In this document: positions 1 to 13,176 of the stretch, piece by piece
Position numbering within the stretch: position 1 is the first letter of the stretch
Layout: the number at the start of each line of letters is the position of its first letter
IMG/VR virus record: IMGVR_UViG_3300044858_004828
Reading direction: 5' to 3' (one strand)
Length of the DNA: 64,000 bases
DNA from: an uncultured virus (IMG/VR IMGVR_UViG_3300044858_004828)
Lineage: Duplodnaviria > Heunggongvirae > Uroviricota > Caudoviricetes
Translations under genes and position numbers: made by a program
Notes under the pieces: model-generated
Database searches by the model: none
Told to the model about the DNA's origin: nothing
Seen by the model: only the letters and a program-made list of their open reading frames with translations

Positions 1-837
1 TTGAGTTCCTGCTGTTGTTAAAGTATGGGGTGTAGTTCCACTGTGGGTTACGTTGTATCTTCTGCTGAATCCTTCATATCCACCTTCAGACAATATCGTT
101 GAACAAATTTGTCTCATGGTACTGCTTGTTGCTTGGCTAGAAGTATTTTCAATTTCATATCTCAAAGGCAAGCATGCGGTTGTCATGTAAGTTGTTGAAT
201 TTTTATTTGTATTATAAAATGTGTGTGCCACAACAGGTTTACCATCTATAAAGAATCCAGTGCGGACATCACCCACACCCAACCATTCAACATCTAGCCA
301 AAAAATATTTCCTTTTGTCACATCTATCGTAACACCAGAATCACCAGTTCCATCAAATTTGTCACCATTCCAATTTGATTGTGTTACCGTTTGTGTGGTT
401 CCGAGTGAAGCAGATGTCAAGCAAACTGACAACGTCAATCCATCTTGCTGTAGGTATACTCCATTATATGGCGTTCCAGCTGTAACACCGCCCGTTATTC
501 CAAAATATCCAACCCGTTGACGCAATCCACTTTTTGGTTGGGCCATTGCAAAAGAGTCAACAATAGTCAAAGATTTTCCCGGCTGGTATGGAAACACCCT
601 TTTAGTTTCAACATACATTTTAGAGCCATTTGTGGTCCCTGCGGTTAAAGATACAGTGCTTTCTACTGGATTAAAGGAATATGTGCCGCCACTTACTCCA
701 ACATAATTCCATTTATCACTGAGTGTATATCTTTGCTGACTGTCAAATAAAGTAAAAGGATTGCTAACCTTTAGACGATTGAAAGCATCTACAACATTTC
801 CTTTGAATCCCACAAGATCGTTAAATAGGTATGACAT
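1..837 (-). CDS. Conserved phage hypothetical, probably virion-associated (runs off the window edge)
   Basis: Not in the ORF track. ATG at 837 overlaps the stop of the upstream collagen gene. Reads [34 protein letters not shown]...RVFPYQPGKS...WLGVGDVRTGF...TTACLPLRYEIEN and stays open to base 1. Confidence 0.8.
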   Translation of the reverse strand, partial: MSYLFNDLVGFKGNVVDAFNRLKVSNPFTLFDSQQRYTLSDKWNYVGVSGGTYSFNPVESTVSLTAGTTNGSKMYVETKRVFPYQPGKSLTIVDSFAMAQPKSGLRQRVGYFGITGGVTAGTPYNGVYLQQDGLTLSVCLTSASLGTTQTVTQSNWNGDKFDGTGDSGVTIDVTKGNIFWLDVEWLGVGDVRTGFFIDGKPVVAHTFYNTNKNSTTYMTTACLPLRYEIENTSSQATSSTMRQICSTILSEGGYEGFSRRYNVTHSGTTPHTLTTAGTQ

Positions 838-2852
838 TATATTATTCTCCAGCCGGATCTGTAGATAAAATGCAGACCAGCGTTGTCTAAATTTATTATT
901 GCTGAACTTTGATTGTCTATAGTATGTGCTGCAGTAGCACCAACAATAGTTATTCGTCTTGATGTGCCACCACCTGCATTTCCAGATTCATCCTTTACCA
1001 CAATTTCTCTTCCTGTTTCTGGGTTGGTTGGAAGAGTTATTGTAACGGGACCTGCATAACTTACGCCAATATAATAATCCGAATACAAAGCTGCGTATGT
1101 TGCACCAGTCACACCAGTAGTTGCAAGAATAGAAATGCTTGACCCAGCACCGCCGCCGCTATTTGATGGCTGTATCCATTGAGTCGTCCCATTTAAATCT
1201 ATTACATAAACATATTCTATACCGCTATCGGAATCCATCCATCTGCTACCAACAGTAATTCCAGAATTTACTGGAGCATTTTCTTGATAATAAAAATCTA
1301 TTACACCAGTTGAACCTTTGGCTCCAGTGGTTCCGGGTGCACCAGTTGGACCTGTGGTTCCTGTGGTTCCGGGTGCACCAGTTGGACCTGTGGGACCTGT
1401 AGGACCAGTTGGACCAGTTGGACCTGTGGTTCCTGTGGTTCCGGGTGCACCAGTTGGACCTGTGGTTCCTGTGGTTCCGGGTGCACCAGTTGGACCTGTG
1501 GTTCCTGTGGTTCCGGGTGCACCAGTTGGACCTGTGGGACCTGTTAGTCCTATATCCGCTCCACAAGATCCTGCAATCGAAATATCAACATTTTTTCTTC
1601 TTCTGGTGATTGTAATATTATCACCAATAAAATTCATCGTATTGACAGAACGAATTATCTTATCACCATTCAAAGAAATATCAACTGCGCCACCACCTGC
1701 TGGCGTGGTCATCTGTCCGATGCGATCTATAGCCTTTTGAATATCGTCGTTTTTAAACTTGTCCAATATTCCTGAAACATGTTCAGAGTTAAACGACAAT
1801 ATTCCATCTTGTAAAATTAATGGAAACTCTGCTTCGATTACAGGGCTTGTTCCGGCTGGACCTTGTTCGCCGGGATCTCCTTTTTCCCCTCTTGGTCCAA
1901 TAGGACCTTGAGGGCCCACAGGTCCTCTATCACCTTTATCTCCCTTTTCTCCACCCGGACCTTCGGGGCCAACAGGACCTTGAAGTCCAACCTCACCCGC
2001 AATTCCGTCTTTACCGGGTATGCCCTGCTGACCTTGCGGACCTTGAGGACCCATAGGACCAATAGGACCAACTTCTCCTTGATCGCCTTTATCACCCTTT
2101 TCTCCCTTGTCTCCTTTATCGCCCTTTGGTCCGATTACTCCCGGATCACCTTTAGGCCCAACTTGACCTTTTTCTCCTTGTGGTCCTGCGGGGCCAACAT
2201 CTCCCTGTTGACCCTGCTTTCCATCATTTCCCTGTGGACCCATGGGTCCTTGCGGTCCTGCTGGGCCCATTGGACCAATCTGACCACGCTCACCTTGAAG
2301 TCCCTGCGATCCAGCTTGAGGAATTATTTCCTTTACAATTGTTTTTTCTATTAATTGAACTACTGGTTTTTCTATTACTTTTGGTAATTGTTCTTTTGGT
2401 TTTTCTACTTGTACTTGTTCTTCAAGTAAATTTTTTATTTGAGTAGAATTTCCTACAAATTTTACTATTTTATTTGAATTTTTTTCAATAAAATATCTCT
2501 CGGTTATTCCGTTTCCAAGATATATTTTTTCATCACAAGAAAGTGAAGTTGTTTCTTTTAGTAAAGTATTTTGCAGTAAAGACCCAATAGGTCTTTTTAA
2601 TTTAAAAGTAGAACCTTGAACATTTTCAAACATAAGTACTGGTTGAAAATATTCTTTTATCTTGGATGCATTTCCTTCTACCAGATAAGTTTCACCATAC
2701 TCATCGCGCAAATATAAAGAAGTTATACCAGATCCAATTTTAACATTTTTTGGATTTGGTGATGATTCAATTATGTGATAAACAGCACCCATCAGCAGAT
2801 TTGGATGCTGCTTTACAAGTTTAAGAGTGTTTTTGTTCTTTCCAAAGAACAT
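837..2852 (-). CDS. Collagen-like fibre protein with two Gly-X-Y domains
   Basis: First Gly-X-Y block is charged (GEK/GDK/GPQ); second is Thr-rich (GPT/GTT). C-terminus is fibre-like (ITLPTNP...[10 protein letters not shown]). Late-promoter-like GATAAATA lies just upstream. Confidence 0.85.
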   Translation of the reverse strand: MFFGKNKNTLKLVKQHPNLLMGAVYHIIESSPNPKNVKIGSGITSLYLRDEYGETYLVEGNASKIKEYFQPVLMFENVQGSTFKLKRPIGSLLQNTLLKETTSLSCDEKIYLGNGITERYFIEKNSNKIVKFVGNSTQIKNLLEEQVQVEKPKEQLPKVIEKPVVQLIEKTIVKEIIPQAGSQGLQGERGQIGPMGPAGPQGPMGPQGNDGKQGQQGDVGPAGPQGEKGQVGPKGDPGVIGPKGDKGDKGEKGDKGDQGEVGPIGPMGPQGPQGQQGIPGKDGIAGEVGLQGPVGPEGPGGEKGDKGDRGPVGPQGPIGPRGEKGDPGEQGPAGTSPVIEAEFPLILQDGILSFNSEHVSGILDKFKNDDIQKAIDRIGQMTTPAGGGAVDISLNGDKIIRSVNTMNFIGDNITITRRRKNVDISIAGSCGADIGLTGPTGPTGAPGTTGTTGPTGAPGTTGTTGPTGAPGTTGTTGPTGPTGPTGPTGPTGAPGTTGTTGPTGAPGTTGAKGSTGVIDFYYQENAPVNSGITVGSRWMDSDSGIEYVYVIDLNGTTQWIQPSNSGGGAGSSISILATTGVTGATYAALYSDYYIGVSYAGPVTITLPTNPETGREIVVKDESGNAGGGTSRRITIVGATAAHTIDNQSSAIINLDNAGLHFIYRSGWRII
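1306..1548. repeat. Coding tandem repeat, 36-nt unit encoding [12 protein letters not shown]
   Basis: Near-identical copies of GGTTCCGGGTGCACCAGTTGGACCTGTGGTTCCTGT interspersed with 9-nt GPT units. Confidence 0.9.
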
Positions 2853-2864
2853 TTTAAGTATTTA

Positions 2865-4634
2865 TCATGTTCCTAAGTACCATTCACCATATAGAATTTG
2901 AGTTGCGTTTGCGCTTGTCAAACCTTCAGGAAATGTAGTAAAAGTGGATGTGCCCGTTCCTTCACCACATATACAAACTTCATTCTCAGGGGATAATGGA
3001 GGAGGCGTCGGGCAATCCGGTATCAAGTTAGCATTGCAATCAATATATCCGGGAAAAGACGGAGAATTAAATAATGATTGTGCCCCCGGCGCCCCTCTGG
3101 TTGTATTATAATTAATCACATCATACCATCCTTGTGTTGGTGGACAAAATGGAGGTATACCAGCTGATGGATTCAAAAAACATTCTTCTTCTCCCGGTTT
3201 ATCTCCTTCTTGTCCACACCAAGTAAACGTTAACTCTATTACCCCCAACCATGAAGTAAATCCCGGTATATTATAACTTTGAATTAATGTAGATCCACAA
3301 ATTCCGGGTATAGATGCAATGCTCCAAGTGGTACCTTCTGAAATTTTTAATTGAGAATCAAAGTCGTCTATTAAATAAAGACCGTTTCCAATTGTTCCCG
3401 AATTAAACGTTGTGCCATAAAAATGTCTTTTGCTGAAAAGATAGTTCAAATAGCCGTTTAAAGTTTCATCATAACTAAAAGTTCCAACAACAGAACTATA
3501 ATTTGCTGCAAAATAAGGATTATCTGATAAATCATAAAAACCACACTGATAAGTTGATGGTGGAGAAATTGTTCCGGGAAAAACTAATGGAACAAAAAGA
3601 CCAGTTATGCCACCAACACCCCTTTGTATCGGTGGCGACACAAAAGTTGGTAAATCTGAAATTTCTGCGACTGTGGTTGAACCACTCAAAGCTAAATTTG
3701 GACCAAGAACTACAGAGCTAAAAAATGCACTAAATCCCTGTAAAGTATTTTTAACATCTGTCAAAGTTCCCGTACAACCTATTACATTTCCATCAGAACT
3801 GCTTAATGTCAATCCAGATGGAGATGAATAAAATTGCCAAATTCTTGCATTGTTTTGTGCATTGTCTGCAAGATATATCGATAAAGATTCGTATGTTTCA
3901 TCTATTACACCGGGATATTTTAATGTCAACTCGGTATATGAATCTGCTGGATTAAAGTTTAAAGTACTTATACTTCTTGAACTTGAAGAATCTGGTTCAA
4001 CAGTAAAAAATGTTCTAGTGGGGCAGGGGCCACTGGGAATGTCACAGGTAGTACAACCACAGCAACAATCATATTCTTCATCATATTCTGAAGTAGAAAA
4101 AATTGGACTATTTGCATTTCCTGTTGGTGTATTTGCGTTAAAAGAATACAATTTTCTTTTTATTCTTATTCCACCAGTTACAAGTATTGTATTTGTTCCT
4201 GTTCTTACATGTCCACCAGTTGTTTCTTCTATAGATTCACTTATTCTATCCCATGTAACGCTAGCATTTGTTACACTGTTTACGTTCAAGGACAATATAT
4301 TAGTAGAAACAGCATTGAATCCTTCAAATGGAAATGGTAATGGATTCCATAAAAGATAATCATCAGCGATATTTAAAGGACTTCTACACTCTAATTCGTA
4401 CATGTAGAGTGGTGGAGTTCTTACACACCCCAAATTATCTGAAGGAATTGTCTGGCTTACATATAATGGAGATGGTGGATCACTCGGAGAAGCAAATTGA
4501 TTTCTATTTACATAACCCAACAAAGTGTTTGCTGTAAATCCTTTTGTAAGTTTATCAAAAGAACTTTCAAGAGATGGTATCTGTGAATCACAAACACCAC
4601 AAGCACATTGTGTTAAAAGTGCACCAATCAACAT
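2865..4634 (-). CDS. Cys-rich hypothetical, probably structural
   Basis: ATG at 4634 follows the upstream stop at 4637, so the track start at 4727 is probably too long. Motifs CACGVC, CCCGCTTC and several further Cys; Ser/Thr/Gly-rich. Confidence 0.75.
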   Translation of the reverse strand: MLIGALLTQCACGVCDSQIPSLESSFDKLTKGFTANTLLGYVNRNQFASPSDPPSPLYVSQTIPSDNLGCVRTPPLYMYELECRSPLNIADDYLLWNPLPFPFEGFNAVSTNILSLNVNSVTNASVTWDRISESIEETTGGHVRTGTNTILVTGGIRIKRKLYSFNANTPTGNANSPIFSTSEYDEEYDCCCGCTTCDIPSGPCPTRTFFTVEPDSSSSRSISTLNFNPADSYTELTLKYPGVIDETYESLSIYLADNAQNNARIWQFYSSPSGLTLSSSDGNVIGCTGTLTDVKNTLQGFSAFFSSVVLGPNLALSGSTTVAEISDLPTFVSPPIQRGVGGITGLFVPLVFPGTISPPSTYQCGFYDLSDNPYFAANYSSVVGTFSYDETLNGYLNYLFSKRHFYGTTFNSGTIGNGLYLIDDFDSQLKISEGTTWSIASIPGICGSTLIQSYNIPGFTSWLGVIELTFTWCGQEGDKPGEEECFLNPSAGIPPFCPPTQGWYDVINYNTTRGAPGAQSLFNSPSFPGYIDCNANLIPDCPTPPPLSPENEVCICGEGTGTSTFTTFPEGLTSANATQILYGEWYLGT

Positions 4635-4636
4635 AA

Positions 4637-6355
<1,719 letters not shown>

Positions 6356-6359
6356 TTAT

Positions 6360-8840
6360 TTATATGGCTATTACAGCCATTCCAGAACCGGAACCATTCG
6401 CAAAAGTTAATCCTTCAGAACTCAAAGAAACATTTCGTCCAAACCAACTTGTATAACCAGCTCCGGTATTATTGAATATGGATAGTACATTTGTACTATG
6501 TGTTGTTAATATACTATTAACGGTTGCCGTTTTTCCGGAAAGAGATCCTGTAATAATTTCATTTGCAGTAAATCCTATAGAACCTATTCCAATTTGAGTA
6601 GTTCCTCTAAATCCAGTTATAGAAGCAATAGTTCCACTGCTTGATCCTGTAATGTTTTCATTTAACAAGAAACCAGAATTTGTAGACACACTCAAACATT
6701 TAGTATCGGTACCAACAACATTTCCATAAGTTACGGCTTTTCTTGCATGTGTTACCAAAATATCAGCTCTTGTTAATGTACTTAAATTTGCTGTCTGTAA
6801 ACCATTTAAAACTGTATTATCTGAAACTTGGGCATTTTCTACATAACCATTCCAACCAAGTAAAGTTCCACCCTGCCCAGATAAGGATATTGCAGATTCG
6901 ATTCCACCTGCAGGTTGATTTGTTCCTGATGTACGTGTACCATCTACTATATTGTTTTTGCAAACAATAGATTTTTTAACTGGTCGGCAATATAATGCAG
7001 TACCATCATAAGAATTTAAAATTTTATTTCCTTCAAACATAACATAATTGGCCATTATCATGCCCGGAGCATGTATAAGCATGCCACCAGCATTGTTGCA
7101 AACATTGTTTGAAAAATTTATTGTATTAAACATTGCTTGACACAATCCGGCAGCAGCAGCAGATGCTCCAGCGCCAATGTGTGCTGCACCCTGTGGATAA
7201 TTTTTTCCAGAAGAAATAATATTACCAACAATATTTACATCTACGTCTTCTCCAGCATAACCATTATTTACAAGCGATAGCCACATTCTTCTGTCGGTAT
7301 CACCAGCAGTTCTTGTTTGTATTTCATTTCCATATTCCATCACATTATTAGAAATATTAATTATTCCACCCTGTGCTGTTGTAAAACCGAGAGAATCAAA
7401 TTGACCACCTATATTAACGAACACCCCGATAGTATTTTGATTTGGAACATAAGATGTTCTCATGTAATTATTTTTAATATCAAAATTAGTTCGAACCATA
7501 TAACCAATATATACTAGACCAGTATTTTCTCCACGGATTTGGCAACCGTCAATTGTAATCTTGTCTCCAGCTACAACAAATCCACCATCAACAAAACAAT
7601 TTACAAATTTAATATATTCAGATCCTACGTGCGTGTCTACTGCACCAACAATGTTATTTGGATTTTGTGAATCACTGATTCTTAAAGCAGACATTCCATT
7701 AAATGTTATATTTCTATTTACTATTCCCAGAGATGGAATGTATCTTCCACTCCCTGTTAATCCGGTATTAACAGTTCCCATACTGGTAGCATGTCTTGCA
7801 GCAGAATAATAACCGCCATTTATAAACATATTTTGGCAATTATAGAGTACTAAGCCATAATCCAGTCCATATTGGGCTCCTCCCACGTCTTCACCATAAC
7901 AATTGTTTACAAATACATTATCACACTGACCAAGGGTTAAAGCTTCTGCTGAACAGTTTGTGACTTTTACGTTTTCTATCGCAGTATCTTTTAAATAACG
8001 CAACTCTATTCCAATATCATAACTACCAGCTACACCATTACCTTTTACACCTATATTTTTTATACTTCCGTTGGAATAATTCCAAACTTTATATAAACAC
8101 AATCCGGACAAAGAATAATTATCATAAAATGTTCCTTGAATAACCGCACCCGTTGTACCTTGAATCAATCCAACTCTTCTTATTTCACCTTTATTTGGTG
8201 AATTTTGACCAAGATATCTGGTCCAAAATGTATTTCCTGTTATCCAAATCATATCTCCTGCAGATAAACCATGTGCTGTAGAAAAGTTTAATGTTCTATC
8301 TCCTTCAGATAAACCTGCAACTAAATTTGGAAGTTGTGTAAAAGTTATTCCAGCAACAGAATTTTTTAATACAGGTACTTGAAACCCCCAGCTTATACCA
8401 GAACTTCCATCGATTACCGATATATCTGGACCTTCACCAAATAAATTTACATCTTTCGGTATTGTTAAAGTATTATTTACTTTATAAGTTCCTGCAGGAA
8501 AATAAATTGTTTTATTACCAGAATTTAAAGCATTTTGAATTGCTGTGGTATCATTGCTTATGCCATTTCCCATGGCTCCATATAATTTTACTGAAATGCC
8601 ATACCCCGTTGGTCCGGGTGCACCAGTGGGTCCAGTTGGACCTATTGAACCAGTTGGACCTGTGGGTCCAGTTGGACCTATTGAACCAGTTGGACCTATT
8701 GAACCAGTTGGACCTGTGGGTCCAGTTGGACCTATTGAACCAGTTGGACCTGTGGGTCCAGTTGGTCCCTGAATACCCTGCGGCCCTTGTACACCATATG
8801 GTGTAGTATATACAGTTAAACTAGGAATCCTAATGGTCAT
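6360..8840 (-). CDS. Tailspike/fibre: N-terminal GPT collagen stalk plus right-handed beta-helix (pectate-lyase-3-like)
   Basis: [39 protein letters not shown] is the classic beta-helix cap motif. It is followed by Asn/Gly-rich parallel beta-helix repeats. Confidence 0.8.
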   Translation of the reverse strand: MTIRIPSLTVYTTPYGVQGPQGIQGPTGPTGPTGSIGPTGPTGPTGSIGPTGSIGPTGPTGPTGSIGPTGPTGAPGPTGYGISVKLYGAMGNGISNDTTAIQNALNSGNKTIYFPAGTYKVNNTLTIPKDVNLFGEGPDISVIDGSSGISWGFQVPVLKNSVAGITFTQLPNLVAGLSEGDRTLNFSTAHGLSAGDMIWITGNTFWTRYLGQNSPNKGEIRRVGLIQGTTGAVIQGTFYDNYSLSGLCLYKVWNYSNGSIKNIGVKGNGVAGSYDIGIELRYLKDTAIENVKVTNCSAEALTLGQCDNVFVNNCYGEDVGGAQYGLDYGLVLYNCQNMFINGGYYSAARHATSMGTVNTGLTGSGRYIPSLGIVNRNITFNGMSALRISDSQNPNNIVGAVDTHVGSEYIKFVNCFVDGGFVVAGDKITIDGCQIRGENTGLVYIGYMVRTNFDIKNNYMRTSYVPNQNTIGVFVNIGGQFDSLGFTTAQGGIINISNNVMEYGNEIQTRTAGDTDRRMWLSLVNNGYAGEDVDVNIVGNIISSGKNYPQGAAHIGAGASAAAAGLCQAMFNTINFSNNVCNNAGGMLIHAPGMIMANYVMFEGNKILNSYDGTALYCRPVKKSIVCKNNIVDGTRTSGTNQPAGGIESAISLSGQGGTLLGWNGYVENAQVSDNTVLNGLQTANLSTLTRADILVTHARKAVTYGNVVGTDTKCLSVSTNSGFLLNENITGSSSGTIASITGFRGTTQIGIGSIGFTANEIITGSLSGKTATVNSILTTHSTNVLSIFNNTGAGYTSWFGRNVSLSSEGLTFANGSGSGMAVIAI

Positions 8841-8841
8841 T

Positions 8842-9237
8842 TTAGTTTTCCGTTACCTGTAAGAGACTGTTGATTGTTCCTCTCAATAGTGTGACTATCC
8901 CACCATTGTTTGGATACTGCATTTGAATGTCGTAGAATACTGGAACATAATCTGGGAACTGGTTTGTGTAATTTGATCCTATGGTTACATAAATTAGACC
9001 ACCTGTTCCAGTTACCGCTATACCGCCTGTAATGCCATCTGGTGGAGTAAATACAGTTCCAGAAGTTACGCCCTGAACATATTTTACAATCTCATTTCCG
9101 GGATAATAAGATTTTCTAATTTCCATAGTCAAAGTGACCCCAGTGAGGTTATAAGCGGCTCCTGTGCCACCACAGACCCCCATGGCCCATGTTACGGTAT
9201 CACCTTTTACTATAGTAGGATTGTACGAGTCTGCCAT
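8842..9237 (-). CDS. Small beta-rich structural/adaptor protein
   Basis: [14 protein letters not shown]...YNLTG...YDIQMQY...TLLRGTI pattern, as seen in fibre-associated adaptors. GGGAG RBS precedes the ATG at 9237. Confidence 0.6.
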   Translation of the reverse strand: MADSYNPTIVKGDTVTWAMGVCGGTGAAYNLTGVTLTMEIRKSYYPGNEIVKYVQGVTSGTVFTPPDGITGGIAVTGTGGLIYVTIGSNYTNQFPDYVPVFYDIQMQYPNNGGIVTLLRGTINSLLQVTEN

Positions 9238-9251
9238 TTTTGCTCCCAAAA

Positions 9252-9280
9252 AATAATAGCCTTTATTAAAGGCTATTATT
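9252..9280 (-). terminator. Hairpin with U-tract, candidate intrinsic terminator
   Basis: AATAATAGCCTTT-aat-AAAGGCTATTATT followed by Ts on the minus strand, downstream of the GT2-TPR gene. Confidence 0.55.
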
Positions 9281-9303
9281 AAGTATTTAGGTCTTTTTAA
9301 AAA

Positions 9304-10527
9304 TTAAAGAGTTACTGCAACTTTTTTGGGATCGATGTCTAAAGTCGTTTTATTTACGTTCTTTGAGACCTTTTCAGCCCAATCTTTTTGTTGTTCGGCA
9401 ACCTGTTCTTGGAATTTTTGGAAAGCCTGCATGTAAATTTTGTAGTTATTTTCTACTCTGGGTCTGTGTTCGTTGGGCAAGTGTGGCTCACTCAACAATT
9501 TTTGACATGCTGACATACCAATTTGTGGTCTTCCGGCATAGAATGCCGTAGTTCCGATTTCATCAAAAATGCCCCAAAGATAATTTGCGTTATCAACGAA
9601 CAAAATATCATTTTGTGGAAGAGGAGTACTCAAACCCAAAGAGGCAACCAAGAATGCATTTCGTGGTCTATCATATTTTCTATAGATGCAAGACAGATGA
9701 TAAAGAGGCTCAACTCTGTTGGGGGCACTTTCAAATGCCATCATAAATGCATCTGCAATTTGTTCGACTGGCTTGCCCAAAAATTCTCTGCACATACCAA
9801 CGCGCATCCATGAGAAGAACACCTCTTCATGCCAGCCGCCTTGCTTAATACGCTTTAGGTATTCTTCTTCAGCGATTGCAAACATTCTTGCATCAAATGC
9901 CGATTGCGCTGCATAAAATTGCTTTCTTGGTTGATTCGGATCCTTATCCAAATAGCCCTTAAGGATGTAATAATCTTTGGTATACTTTTCGATGTCGTTT
10001 GATACAGACCGAGAACGACATCCTTCTGTCCTCACTTCCCAAGCATAATCGCCTTCAAGCTTCTGGACATTCATTGGCTGTTCGCAAATAGCATATTCGT
10101 GAAGTGGCTCTTCATACCACCACTTCTTCTTTGCTAGATTGAACAATTGGGCTCTCAGCCACTTAAACTCTCCACGCTTGATTTGGACAACATAGCCATC
10201 CAAATTATCATCAAACTTGTCAACTGGTAGAGTTCCAACGATAAAGTCATCGGCATCGATCATCATAGCCCACTTAGTTTTGCCTAGGCAAAGCTCAAGT
10301 GCCCTTGATCTGTTTGTTCCGAAGTCAGACCATTCATGGTCATGAATCTCACCCGGAATACCCTTTTCATCAAAGAACTTTTTGATGATCTCCTTTGTAT
10401 TGTCGGTGGATCCTGTATCACAGATTACATAGTAATCGATGAATGGTGCGCATGAAGCCAAGCATCTTTCAATGTTTGGAGCCTCGTTCTTTACGATCAT
10501 ACTCAAAGTCAATTTGTGCATAGTCAT
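9304..10527 (-). CDS. GT2 glycosyltransferase with C-terminal TPR-like repeats (SunS/SgtA-like architecture)
   Basis: LSMIVKNE...ICDTGSTD...WSDFGTNR...IDADD (DXD) and LHE motifs, then helical TPR-like repeats (YAAQS, PNRVEPLYHL). Confidence 0.85.
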   Translation of the reverse strand: MTMHKLTLSMIVKNEAPNIERCLASCAPFIDYYVICDTGSTDNTKEIIKKFFDEKGIPGEIHDHEWSDFGTNRSRALELCLGKTKWAMMIDADDFIVGTLPVDKFDDNLDGYVVQIKRGEFKWLRAQLFNLAKKKWWYEEPLHEYAICEQPMNVQKLEGDYAWEVRTEGCRSRSVSNDIEKYTKDYYILKGYLDKDPNQPRKQFYAAQSAFDARMFAIAEEEYLKRIKQGGWHEEVFFSWMRVGMCREFLGKPVEQIADAFMMAFESAPNRVEPLYHLSCIYRKYDRPRNAFLVASLGLSTPLPQNDILFVDNANYLWGIFDEIGTTAFYAGRPQIGMSACQKLLSEPHLPNEHRPRVENNYKIYMQAFQKFQEQVAEQQKDWAEKVSKNVNKTTLDIDPKKVAVTL

Positions 10528-10529
10528 CC

Positions 10530-10955
10530 TTATGAATTAAAAAACTTACGAAGAGAACCGGGATTAAACTTTGGAATCAAGTCCCAATCATCCCGTTCAT
10601 TATATTTAATGATTTTTAAACCTGCCACTGGCATCTTTTCTTTTACTTTTTGCTTGTCTACGATCTCTAGTAGATCCCAATCTTCAAGGAGTTGAATAAT
10701 TGCATTTCTTCTCTTAATGTCATCTTCCGAGACATTTGATGGGAGTCCATCTAAAGCAAATAATTCTTTGAAGTGCGCCACAATGTATACATCATTTTTA
10801 TGAATAAGATGGCATGATTGATAAAGTATTTTTTTACCTTTTGGAGACACACCTATACGGGATAGGGTTTCTCTTACAACCATAAAATCTTCAGGATCAA
10901 ATAAGTTTACATGAACGCCTACATTATTAAAAATTTTATCTGAGTTTTCTGACAT
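10530..10955 (-). CDS. regA: Translational repressor RegA
   Basis: DFMVVRETLSRIGV...LYQSCHLIHK...YIVAHFKELFALDG...RRNAIIQLLEDW; follows gp62 as in T4. Confidence 0.95.
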   Translation of the reverse strand: MSENSDKIFNNVGVHVNLFDPEDFMVVRETLSRIGVSPKGKKILYQSCHLIHKNDVYIVAHFKELFALDGLPSNVSEDDIKRRNAIIQLLEDWDLLEIVDKQKVKEKMPVAGLKIIKYNERDDWDLIPKFNPGSLRKFFNS

Positions 10956-10961
10956 ACAGCC

Positions 10962-11351
10962 TCACTCTTTATTATTAAGTCCACCCTTTTGTAAGAAAAG
11001 CTTTAACTTTTCTATATCACTGGGTCCAAGTATATTTAGGACTTCTTGAGCTTTGGCATCTGTATATCCGTAAACCTCTTTAATTATAGCTAGATTGTCT
11101 TCAGTTTCTTTTTTGATCCAAGGAGAAAACCTCTTCTTTTTTCTCACAGAAAGACGATAAAAATCAAACTGCATTTTTTTATCTGTCCACCAGTGGCAGT
11201 TTATCTCGTTGGCGTGAAATATAGTATCTGCAAAATATGAAAGACATTTATTGACGATAAATGGCGGATAGATTTTATCCGCCTTTTCATCCTGATCAAA
11301 CAGGGGCTTTTTATCGTAATTTATGCTGTTTAAAAAATCTTTAAGCTTCAT
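10962..11351 (-). CDS. gp62: Clamp loader small subunit
   Basis: LKDFLNSIN..K, YPPFIVNKCLS, QFDFY...RKKKRFSPW, YGY...KA motifs; T4 synteny. Confidence 0.92.
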   Translation of the reverse strand: MKLKDFLNSINYDKKPLFDQDEKADKIYPPFIVNKCLSYFADTIFHANEINCHWWTDKKMQFDFYRLSVRKKKRFSPWIKKETEDNLAIIKEVYGYTDAKAQEVLNILGPSDIEKLKLFLQKGGLNNKE

Positions 11352-12292
11352 TAGGCAAACTCACAATCCATCATCAGCTGTACGACCATTGCCATTGTAT
11401 TGATCTCTTGGTCCGCAGCAAAAGAAGACTTATACTGATATTCTGCAATAATAAGAATTGCCTGTGGTACTGAATTTGGTTTGAGAGATGTGTACATTTC
11501 ATTGTACAGTTTCTTAAAAAAGTCAGCCGTATTCAAATCAATATTTTGCACAATCCACTTACGGCATGAAGCAAAATCTTTGTTCTTCATGTACCCGATA
11601 AGCTCTTTGTAAGATTCACTGCTTCCCTGAGAAAGAATGCCTATATCAATTTTACCAGAAGAAGAATACTTTTGTAGTTCGTTGATTATTCTTCGAATAT
11701 CTGGAAAATGCTTTTTGATTAGGTTCGCAAGAACACTCTTCTCATACGAGATAGATTCTTTTTCAAGAATATACTCAATACGTTTCATTATCGCTGTTGC
11801 GATTTGAGCTTTTTCTTGAGAAGGGACAGTAAAATCTACACCAGTACATCTTGAGTGCAGTGGATCGATTACTCTAGTCTTGTAGTTGCACGTGAGAACA
11901 AATCTACAGTTATTTGCAAACTCCTCAATTGCCCCACGCAGGCCAGTTTGAACTGCAGTAGTAGCGTAATCAAACTCATCAAGAATTATCAGTTTTCCAT
12001 TACCACTCAAAGATACTGTAGATGCATACTGACGAATTTTAACTCTGAGAGTATCGATTCCATTGTCTTCCGAGCAGTTTATAAGCATAGAATCCATACC
12101 AAGATCCTGTGCCAGTGCTCGGGCTACAGTGGTCTTTCCTGTACCAGCTTTTCCATAAAAAAGCATGTTTGGCATTTTGCCTTCCTTGACCATACCATTA
12201 AAAATGGTGGTAAGATCAATTGGCAAAATGCAATCAGACAGCGTTTTTGGGCGGTATTTTTCCACCCAAATCAAATTAGACACATCGGTCAC
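11351..12292 (-). CDS. gp44: Clamp loader large subunit (RFC-like AAA+)
   Basis: WVEKYRP, Walker A GKAGTGKTT, ILDEFD, SRC motif; GTG start. Confidence 0.97.
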   Translation of the reverse strand: MTDVSNLIWVEKYRPKTLSDCILPIDLTTIFNGMVKEGKMPNMLFYGKAGTGKTTVARALAQDLGMDSMLINCSEDNGIDTLRVKIRQYASTVSLSGNGKLIILDEFDYATTAVQTGLRGAIEEFANNCRFVLTCNYKTRVIDPLHSRCTGVDFTVPSQEKAQIATAIMKRIEYILEKESISYEKSVLANLIKKHFPDIRRIINELQKYSSSGKIDIGILSQGSSESYKELIGYMKNKDFASCRKWIVQNIDLNTADFFKKLYNEMYTSLKPNSVPQAILIIAEYQYKSSFAADQEINTMAMVVQLMMDCEFA

Positions 12293-12294
12293 GA

Positions 12295-12966
12295 TTAACC
12301 TCGCTTAATTGCGATGTAGTAGGAAAGGTTTTGAGTTTGGTGAGTAAATCGGGAAATAATAGTGTTTGTCAGTTCGACCCTGTATGAGCCCGGAAGGAAC
12401 TTAATCTCAGAGACATTAAAGGTTCCTTCGTAATCCGCTCCGCTGTAGTTTTCATCAATCAAGACAGAGAAACTATTTGAGGTGTCGTTCTTTGAATCGT
12501 CAACAACAATCTTAAGAACTCCGTTTTCTCCTACGATTTTCAAATCGCTGACCTGTAGGATACTTGAAGCCTTAAGAATCTCGTTTAGATTGTGCTCATC
12601 CAAATCAAAGCTCAGAGAAACTTCTGGCATCTTGAGCTCTCTATTTGGAACAGTAAGAAGCGATGGCTCGGAGTAGTAATACCTAACCGAAGACTTTCCG
12701 TTTGAAATGTCTACGTGAGTATCACAAAATTCAAGATCCGGGTTTGGAAACAGGCTAACTACACCCAAGAACTTATTAAGATCCCAAATGGGGATATCGG
12801 TGTCAAAGTCTTCCTGAACCGTAGCTTCTGCATAAATGTTCTTACCAGAAGATACGGTGCGAATTACATTTCCCGGCTTGATCAAGATATTTGAATTGAT
12901 TGCCGAAAAGTTCTTAAGAATGGATAGGGTTTCTTTAGATAGTCTCATTTTTGTCACAGTTGTCAT
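12295..12966 (-). CDS. gp45: Sliding clamp
   Basis: LSKETLSILKNFSAINSNILIKPG...YYIA; synteny with gp44/gp62. Confidence 0.95.
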   Translation of the reverse strand: MTTVTKMRLSKETLSILKNFSAINSNILIKPGNVIRTVSSGKNIYAEATVQEDFDTDIPIWDLNKFLGVVSLFPNPDLEFCDTHVDISNGKSSVRYYYSEPSLLTVPNRELKMPEVSLSFDLDEHNLNEILKASSILQVSDLKIVGENGVLKIVVDDSKNDTSNSFSVLIDENYSGADYEGTFNVSEIKFLPGSYRVELTNTIISRFTHQTQNLSYYIAIKRG

Positions 12967-12983
12967 ATAAATCCTTTTGTAAA

Positions 12984-13142
12984 TTATTCAAAATCACGGT
13001 CTTTACGATACATAACATCATTGAGCTGCTGCTTTTGCTCATGTCTACTTCCCCGCTTGTTTCTTTTTATCTGCTTCTTACTGAATCCAGACGGCTTATT
13101 CTTGCGGCGATTGGTAAACTTTTCAAAACTGTCTTCATTCAT
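12984..13142 (-). CDS. Small basic hypothetical protein (52 aa)
   Basis: Not in the track. MNEDSFEKFTNRRKNKPSGFSKKQIKRNKRGSRHEQKQQLNDVMYRKDRDFE, directly downstream of a sigma70-like promoter. Confidence 0.65.
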   Translation of the reverse strand: MNEDSFEKFTNRRKNKPSGFSKKQIKRNKRGSRHEQKQQLNDVMYRKDRDFE

Positions 13143-13148
13143 GGCTCT

Positions 13149-13176
13149 AGTATAACTCCGTTGTTTAGTAAATCAA
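13149..13176 (-). promoter_or_regulatory. Sigma70-like promoter TTGATT-N16-TATACT
   Basis: Read from sequence; lies upstream of the small ORF-gp45-gp44-gp62-regA run. Confidence 0.6.
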
